From positions 10,080-74,079 of the forward strand of contig JAZTWO010000077.1 of assembly GCA_045635885.1 (NCBI GenBank): a DNA stretch of 64,000 bases, read 5' to 3'. The stretch comes from Eubacteriales bacterium (GTDB lineage Bacteria > Bacillota > Clostridia > Oscillospirales > CAG-272). Position numbers and translations under genes: made by a program. This document shows, piece by piece, positions 58,501 to 64,000 of this stretch (its first letter is position 1; each line of letters starts with the position of its first letter). A model generated the notes under the pieces. The model was not told the DNA's origin. It saw only the letters and a list, made by a program, of their open reading frames with translations, and searched no databases.

Positions 58501-58882
58501 TTAATTCACGGGATGCGGAAAGCATTTTTTCGGTGAGAGAAAAATCTGCGGCATCACTTGTTTGATATTCCTCAAGTATGGGGGCGAGTTCACGAATTGT
58601 GTTCCACATAATAAGGGATTTTATCGGTTTGGTGGCAAAATTATATGAAATGCCACCGTATTTTCTGAAAATCATATTGCACAAACGAGAAAAGTTTAAA
58701 ACCTCGATGTTTAATTGTGCAGAAGCAGGGAAAAGAGAAGCGATTGTTCTTTCGGTTGCGACGGTTTCTTGCTCGGGCACGATAAAGAAAACTTTTTTGT
58801 TTTGCTTAACGTCAGATTCAAGATATTTAAGTAACGTACTTGTTTTGCCGGAGCCGGCAGGACCATAAATAAAATGTACCAT
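55586..58882 (-). CDS. addB: ATP-dependent helicase/nuclease subunit B
   Basis: GPAGSGKT, VPEQ, GVADRID, VDYKTG, C-terminal CRYC...C; GGAAAGGAG RBS before ATG 58882. Confidence 0.92.
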   Translation of the reverse strand: MVHFIYGPAGSGKTSTLLKYLESDVKQNKKVFFIVPEQETVATERTIASLFPASAQLNIEVLNFSRLCNMIFRKYGGISYNFATKPIKSLIMWNTIRELAPILEEYQTSDAADFSLTEKMLSASRELKSYSISTKDLEEICNKLDQSSAIYKKLRDISLIYTAYTNQLAEKYSDSFDDISKALEILKSENFFQESNIYLDSFAGFTKQEYEFIAKMGELCDHLYITLPIPTPNDKSIHLESLRQTHKRLTDSLEKLKYDETFLTEIKRTNSKELAYLQSNLWNFEAGAFSGESTGAISNYICENPYSESERVASEICKEIQSGTRYSEIAIILRDAEKYRGILDITLDKYKIPYYMSEKTNLMTKPLAKFLFSALKIKESNWRATNVIAHLKSGYCDVDSFDVDIFEDYVFTWNINGNKFLGEKWTMNPDGYSQKLTKRGENILITSNRVKETVIPPLSLYFARLDASQNVKEMCQATIQFLKDSNITQKVRQECQAHLKANNKKAADEDMKLYSLTLNILYDLANVLEDTKVEFEEFVASLSLMFAQSDIGTIPTSPDEVLIGSAQMLRAGNIKTAIVMGLNEGVFPATIKDNGVFTDADKEILAQFKINLSANTSVQTSEELFFLYRAFATPKDKLILTSSMLTSDGSNQKHSLALERVQKLFPTVVDLKKHDTSKIDRIWSINTAKEIYPQIKDMNGANSLKHLINDEEFEQRLETHLSKKECTVSPEVVKTLFGNRLSLTQSRLEKYVMCGFDYYCSYVLGLRESKRAVFQLNDIGTFIHYLLEKFMKEICVNNQINLTITDEEIDAILQKIVRQYLLELLGENYAISNRTKHLFLRLNKLSFMIAKNLISEFKQSDFIPTYFELNIGTQDSDIQAIEFELKDGSKVSLRGVADRIDTYKKDGNVYIRVVDYKTGSKEFSFDDLKEGLNTQLLIYLFSICYAQSEKKKLELGCAEGGDLIPAGIQYLSSNAPIISVEKFCDSEDIEKMIQNEFSRSGLLTSDPEILYAINHNLDPKFVSKVKADENGVMVGKSITDDNGFNEIYDMLSETIIRVAESMKAGKADAIPLRKGEEAPCRYCKMKAICRSSACKSKI

Positions 58883-58883
58883 A

Positions 58884-59702
58884 TCAAATCTCCTTTCCTT
58901 CAAGAATTTTAAGATTGCGTTGTATTGTATTTTTTCCTCGCCACGAATAAGCACGGGCAGAGAAATCTTCTTTTGACATAATATCAATATCCTCACTTGT
59001 GATGGTGGGGGTTAAATTTTGATTGAAAAATTCAATTTTGGTGTAAATTGTGCCATTATTTATTGCATTTTGGGTGTGGGGGCAGACCTCTTGGCATTTG
59101 TCACATCCCCAAGCGCAATTTGTGGATTTTATTATTTCAACTTCTTTTTCTGAAAGCTCGCCCTTTTTTTGAGTGATGGCGGAAATACATTCAACGTCAT
59201 AAATATTTGCAGGGCAGAAATCCATGCATTTTCCACAGTTTATGCAAGTGCCAACTTCGGTTGCGAGCGAAGGGAGAATGGCATCTGTAATGATTTCGCC
59301 AAGGAAAATATATGACGAATATTTCTTGGTAATAAGCAGGTGATTTTTGCCAATTACACCAAGTCCTGCTTTTGCTGCAGAATGGATTTCGTCGATGGGT
59401 GAGTGGTCGGTAAAGGTGGCAAATTTGTTGTTTGGGTATTCAGTTTGGAGCTTGAAAATAAGGTCTTTGAAGAGATTTGAAAAAAACAAATGGTAGTCAC
59501 GGCTAACGGCATATGATGAAATATTTCGTTTGCCAGCGCTTGTTTTTGTGAGATATGGGGCTAAAAAAATTATGACTGAGCCGCTATTTATTTCGTGTTT
59601 TTCAAGCAGATAGGGGCGCAAAATTTTGCACTCGTTAAGCGAAAGACAAGAAACAAGCTCGATATTATTTTTTTCAAGCTCTGATTTTATAAATGCAAAC
59701 AT
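58884..59702 (-). CDS. queG: Epoxyqueuosine reductase-like Fe-S protein
   Basis: AGLGVIGKN, FLGEIITD, CINCGKC...CP, WGCDKCQEVCP; GGAGG RBS. Confidence 0.8.
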   Translation of the reverse strand: MFAFIKSELEKNNIELVSCLSLNECKILRPYLLEKHEINSGSVIIFLAPYLTKTSAGKRNISSYAVSRDYHLFFSNLFKDLIFKLQTEYPNNKFATFTDHSPIDEIHSAAKAGLGVIGKNHLLITKKYSSYIFLGEIITDAILPSLATEVGTCINCGKCMDFCPANIYDVECISAITQKKGELSEKEVEIIKSTNCAWGCDKCQEVCPHTQNAINNGTIYTKIEFFNQNLTPTITSEDIDIMSKEDFSARAYSWRGKNTIQRNLKILEGKEI

Positions 59703-59895
59703 AGTTACCTCCAAACGTTTTATATATAAAATTATAGCTCAAAATTTGCTAATTTTCAAGGGATTTTGAGAAAATTTTTTAATATTTTTTATTTATAAAA
59801 AATATTAAAATTTATATATAAAGAAAAGGGAGTGAATTTTGTTCAAAAAAAGTTCACAAATTTGGTATAAAATGAAATTTCAATGTAAAAAAACA

Positions 59896-60735
59896 ATGGA
59901 GTATATAACAGTGAATGAAATTTTGATTTGTCCTGTTTGCAAAAGTGCGCTATACAGGGACGAAAAAAGTTATTTTTGCCGTGGTGAAAAACGTCATTGC
60001 TTTGACATCTCTTCACATGGTCACACAAATCTTTGTCCGGGTAAATCCACGGGTGGAGATGACAAACGTGCGGTGCGTTCAAGAACCGAATTTTTAAATC
60101 TTGGATACTATCAACCCATCTCGGATAAAATTTGTGAAATTTTGGGCGATTTGACAAAGGATTGCTTCGTTGTTGATGCGGGTTGTGGCGAGGGGTATTA
60201 CACCAACAATATTGCTGACAAAACAGGTGCGCAGACCTATGGCTTTGACCTCTCTAAAGAGGCGATAATTTCTGCATCAAAGTCAGCAAAACGTCAGGGA
60301 CTTTCCAATGCGACATTCTGCGTTGGCGGAATATACAACCTGCCGATTTGTGACGGTGGTGCAGATGCTGTGACCAACATATTTGCCCCCTGTGCCGAGG
60401 CGGAATTTTCAAGAATTCTTAAAGAAAAAGGCATACTTATTGTCGTTGGCGCAGGTAAAAATCATCTTTACGGTTTGAAACGTGCGATTTATGACGAGGT
60501 TTATACAAACGAGGAGCGTGCAGATATGCCCCGTTGTATGAAATTGGTGGGGGAACATTCGCTCAATTACAAGATTACACTTAATAACAGTGAGGCGATT
60601 AGAAATTTGTTTTCAATGACACCTTACAGCTACAGAACAAGCGAAAAGGATATGCAAAAGCTTTATGCCTTGACTTCGCTTGAAACTGAGGTTGATATCA
60701 ATATTTTCATTTATCGAAAGGAGAATACACTTTGA
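59896..60735 (+). CDS. 23S rRNA m1G745/G748 methyltransferase (RlmA-like)
   Basis: CPVC...C....HCFD Zn site, R..FL..GYY, DAGCGEGYY, MTPY; start could be GTG 59911. Confidence 0.85.
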   Translation: MEYITVNEILICPVCKSALYRDEKSYFCRGEKRHCFDISSHGHTNLCPGKSTGGDDKRAVRSRTEFLNLGYYQPISDKICEILGDLTKDCFVVDAGCGEGYYTNNIADKTGAQTYGFDLSKEAIISASKSAKRQGLSNATFCVGGIYNLPICDGGADAVTNIFAPCAEAEFSRILKEKGILIVVGAGKNHLYGLKRAIYDEVYTNEERADMPRCMKLVGEHSLNYKITLNNSEAIRNLFSMTPYSYRTSEKDMQKLYALTSLETEVDINIFIYRKENTL

Positions 60736-61445
60736 GAATTTCTGTTTGTGTTCCAATGTACAATGAAAGCTCAATAATCGAGCAAACTGCCCGTGAGCTT
60801 TATGCATATATGACAAAGAATTTTGACAATGATTTTGAGTTGATTTTTGCTGACGACGGAAGCAAGGATGGCTCGGCAGACATTGTAAATAATCTCAATT
60901 TGCCCAATGTTAAAGTTGTTGGATACGGCAAAAATCAGGGCAAGGGATGTGCTGTACGTCACGGAGTTTTGGCTTCATGCGGTGATATTGTAATTTTTAC
61001 TGATGCAGACCTTGCATATGGCGTTGACGTTATTAAAGAGGCGGTTGAAATTATCGAAAAGGGTGAGCATACTGTTGTGGTTGCCTCCCGCGCAAAGCAC
61101 AAAGAGGGTTATGAGGGATATACTTTTATTCGCAAGCTCGCTTCAAAAACTTACATCAAGGTACTTAATCTGTTTGGCGGTATTAAAATTTCTGACGCAC
61201 AATGTGGTTTTAAAGCATTTGTTGGCGAAAAGGGAAGAAAAATTTTCTCACATTGTCAAACAAACAATTTTGCCTTTGACCTTGAGGTGATTCTTATTGC
61301 TCAAAAAATGAAGCTTAAAATTTATGAGCTTCCTGCAAAGATTATTAATCACCGTGAATCAAAGGTAAATGTTGTAAAAGATGCCTTTAGAATGATGAAG
61401 CAAATCTCAATCATAAAGAAAAATATTGCTAAAATTGATTTATAA
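60732..61445 (+). CDS. GT2 polyprenol-phosphate glycosyltransferase
   Basis: VPMYNE, DDGSKD, NQGKG.AV, FTDADL, DAQCGFK. Confidence 0.92.
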   Translation: MRISVCVPMYNESSIIEQTARELYAYMTKNFDNDFELIFADDGSKDGSADIVNNLNLPNVKVVGYGKNQGKGCAVRHGVLASCGDIVIFTDADLAYGVDVIKEAVEIIEKGEHTVVVASRAKHKEGYEGYTFIRKLASKTYIKVLNLFGGIKISDAQCGFKAFVGEKGRKIFSHCQTNNFAFDLEVILIAQKMKLKIYELPAKIINHRESKVNVVKDAFRMMKQISIIKKNIAKIDL

Positions 61446-61567
61446 TTGTTTTTTTGCTAAAAATTTTGTTATTTATTATAATAAATATAAAAATCCACTT
61501 GATTTTTCCAAATTATTGTGGTAAAATCTATTAAGAGTATAAAAGCACTACATTTGGAGGCACAAAT

Positions 61568-64000
61568 ATGTTAGAATGGATTATTTTAGCGTTCTTTACG
61601 GTAGCTATAATTTGGCAAGTAGCAAAGGCGATTACAAAACCCATGATCAGAAACGTTATGAACTTGGTTTGTATCCCCATTGCATTTGGCATTTCGGCTA
61701 TGTTGCATAAGGGCGGACTTTTCAGAGGAATTATGACAATTATACTTGAGGAGTTGAAGTTGACAGAGTTGTTGTCAAATGCCTTGGGTGAGGATTTTGG
61801 AGGAAGCTTAGTGGATCTTATTGAGACACTTGTTCCCATTATGGGCGCATTGGCTGCTCCTTTACTCTTTGTTGCCACTTTCCACATCACATTTCTTATT
61901 TTGAAATTTATTCACGTTACATTTATTTGCAGATACATTCGCAACAAGAACGTTAGAAGAGAAAAGAAGGAATTGAGAAAGGCTATTAAAGCTGAAAAGG
62001 AAAGACTTAGAGAAACAATTATTGAAAACGAAGAAAGAACCCGTGAAATTATTGATGCTCTTTCTGAAGAACAACAGGAAGTGGTTATTCCTGAATTCGT
62101 TCCCCTTGATGATGACGATATCGACGACATGGTTGAAGATAGAGTTAAGGCGGAAAAGAAGAGAAGAAAGAAGCAGGGCTACTTTAGAGAAACAACGGAC
62201 CGCAAGGTTGTGTCCATTCTCGTTGGTGCTTTGACAGGTTTCCTTCTTTTCGCAGTTACTCTTGTTCCCGTTTTCTATGAAATGGAAGTTTTATCCAACG
62301 TTACAAATACAGTTCTTGAAGGCGGTAAATACGAGGATAACAGCGAAAAAACAACCGTTTATCTTGCGGTTGAATTTGTTGACAAATACTTTGTTGACGA
62401 ATATGAAGATAGCTTTGTTATAAATCTTTATGAGGATCTTGGTATTGTTAAGCTCTTGAACAGAACTATTGAGTCAGGTGCTGAAATCGCTAAGGACAAG
62501 GATGGCGATCCCGTTTATGCAAATAAACTTGCTGAGCTTTATTTGTCATCTTCATTGAAGTTGGCTTGTGCAACTCTCGACTCTCGTTATGAAACAGACA
62601 TCAGAAAAGATATGCAGGACTTGCTTGAAAGTCCTTTGTATGTTAACAGTATAGATACAATCGCAGAAATTATTGTAAGCTTGGCTTCTGATCTTGAAGA
62701 AAAGAACCCTGAGCTTTTTGAAAAATTGAATAATCCCGATTCCGAATCAGCAGAATTCTTTGTTTACACAATTATCGGTGAGGTGATTCGTGCTTACAAG
62801 GATGGAGAGGGCAACTGGAGCGCTGAAAGCGTTAAGAATGATATGAACGCTATGTCTGAGGTTGTGGTTGTTGTAATGGAAAACAAATTGCTTGCAAAAA
62901 TCATCTCTGAGGACGTTAGTGCTGCTAACTTGATTGAAGATAAGCCCCTTGTAGAAGGACTTCTTAATGCGATGGTTAGTATGACTGCATACACACCTAT
63001 TATGAAGAGTACCTTTACAACCGGTGTTAATCTTGTTAGTGAAATATTGCCCGGTATCCCCGCAAACAAGGCGGCAGGTTACGACTTGATTGTTGAGCAG
63101 ATGTTGGCAGGCGTTAACTCTGTAACTGCATTTAAGGATGGTGACATGATCAATCTTCAGACATTGTTTGAGGGCGCAGGCGTTCATCAGTACAATGCTG
63201 GTAAGATTAACTACATTCAAGGCAATATAGACAGTATGAATGCTCAGATTGATAGCGCTAATGCGCGAATCGAAGCAATTATTGTCAGATTGGCAGATAT
63301 TAATGCTGAATTGAGCAATCCCGATATTACTTCCGAATACAAGAAAGAGCTTAATGCAGAGAAGAGTGATTTGAATGGAGAAAAGAATACTCTTGACATT
63401 GAAATTGAGTTGTTCAATGAAGAATTGGCTCAGTTGAATAGCGAATTGGATGCTTTTTATCAAGAAAGAGAAGAGAATACTGAGAAAATGAGTATTCTTG
63501 ATTACATCTTGGATCCTCTTTACGTTGCAGAGCTTATTCAGGCGGATGCAAGAGAGCTTACAAAGCAGTCACAGGAATTGTTAGACAGTGCCGAAAAATT
63601 GAAGGAGAGTATCGAATCAATTAAGGCAGAAATTGAGGAGCTTAATTCACTTCTTTCTGATATGGAATTGACTGATAATGAAAAGCTCATTATTGAAAAA
63701 GAAATAGAAGCTATTGACCAGCAGTTGGTTGAAGAAACTACATTGACTGAAAGCGAGAGAGAAAAACTCTTGCAGGATAGAGAATTCCTTGACTCTTTGA
63801 TTGTAAACGGTCATGAAACATTGACCTTGGATGAATATACTGCACTTGCTGAATATGTTGTTGCTACTGTAGAAAGCAAAACAAGCTACAACGGTGTTTT
63901 GGGCAAGGAAGAGCAGAGCATGAGAGCTAACGCTTATACTCTTGAAGTTCGTGCTGACCTTCTTGCTGAAAACGGTGAACGCTATCTTAAACAAATTGAA
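61568..64000 (+). CDS. Large hypothetical membrane protein with acidic helical/coiled-coil region (3' end outside window)
   Basis: GGAGG RBS, ATG 61568; I read the frame open to the window end (811 codons): MLEWIILAFF...YLKQIE; absent from the ORF track because no stop is reached. Confidence 0.85.
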   Translation, partial: MLEWIILAFFTVAIIWQVAKAITKPMIRNVMNLVCIPIAFGISAMLHKGGLFRGIMTIILEELKLTELLSNALGEDFGGSLVDLIETLVPIMGALAAPLLFVATFHITFLILKFIHVTFICRYIRNKNVRREKKELRKAIKAEKERLRETIIENEERTREIIDALSEEQQEVVIPEFVPLDDDDIDDMVEDRVKAEKKRRKKQGYFRETTDRKVVSILVGALTGFLLFAVTLVPVFYEMEVLSNVTNTVLEGGKYEDNSEKTTVYLAVEFVDKYFVDEYEDSFVINLYEDLGIVKLLNRTIESGAEIAKDKDGDPVYANKLAELYLSSSLKLACATLDSRYETDIRKDMQDLLESPLYVNSIDTIAEIIVSLASDLEEKNPELFEKLNNPDSESAEFFVYTIIGEVIRAYKDGEGNWSAESVKNDMNAMSEVVVVVMENKLLAKIISEDVSAANLIEDKPLVEGLLNAMVSMTAYTPIMKSTFTTGVNLVSEILPGIPANKAAGYDLIVEQMLAGVNSVTAFKDGDMINLQTLFEGAGVHQYNAGKINYIQGNIDSMNAQIDSANARIEAIIVRLADINAELSNPDITSEYKKELNAEKSDLNGEKNTLDIEIELFNEELAQLNSELDAFYQEREENTEKMSILDYILDPLYVAELIQADARELTKQSQELLDSAEKLKESIESIKAEIEELNSLLSDMELTDNEKLIIEKEIEAIDQQLVEETTLTESEREKLLQDREFLDSLIVNGHETLTLDEYTALAEYVVATVESKTSYNGVLGKEEQSMRANAYTLEVRADLLAENGERYLKQIE

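Noticed and set aside
61531..63994. Minus-strand ORFs at the right end
   Set aside because: Antisense shadows of the long plus-strand ORF from 61568

Overview
Low-GC Firmicutes-type chromosome. Gene content and order suggest an anaerobic Clostridia lineage; this is an inference. The housekeeping backbone runs ecfA2(partial)-ecfT-truA-(DUF5711-like)-(CvpA-like)-clp ATPase, then holB-ricT-ferredoxin-tRNA methyltransferase-ttcA-nnrD on the minus strand, a glycogen operon glgC-glgD-glgA-glgP-GH13, smpB, tmRNA (ssrA, 42717-43109, minus), typA, queG-addB-addA, an rlmA-like gene and a GT2. A >811-codon membrane/coiled-coil ORF runs off the right end and is missing from the ORF track. Accessory material: (1) a ~14 kb AraC-controlled locus of three large secreted modular proteins (GH31+PA14+GLUG-like+metallophosphoesterase; Cys/His-repeat+3x GLUG-like; metallophosphoesterase+GLUG-like); (2) two tandem ~195 bp structured non-coding units behind tmRNA, each ending in a duplicate tmRNA 3' end and carrying an inverted copy of the tmRNA T-arm; (3) three diverged membrane/PH-like paralogues bracketed by an exact 25 bp duplicated terminator; (4) a HAD nucleotidase fused to a degenerate guanylate kinase; (5) an orphan family-5 solute-binding protein, a PL1 pectate lyase and several orphan lipoproteins. 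No integrase, transposase, CRISPR array, tRNA or rRNA was recognised. All calls come from reading motifs by eye; no database search was run.
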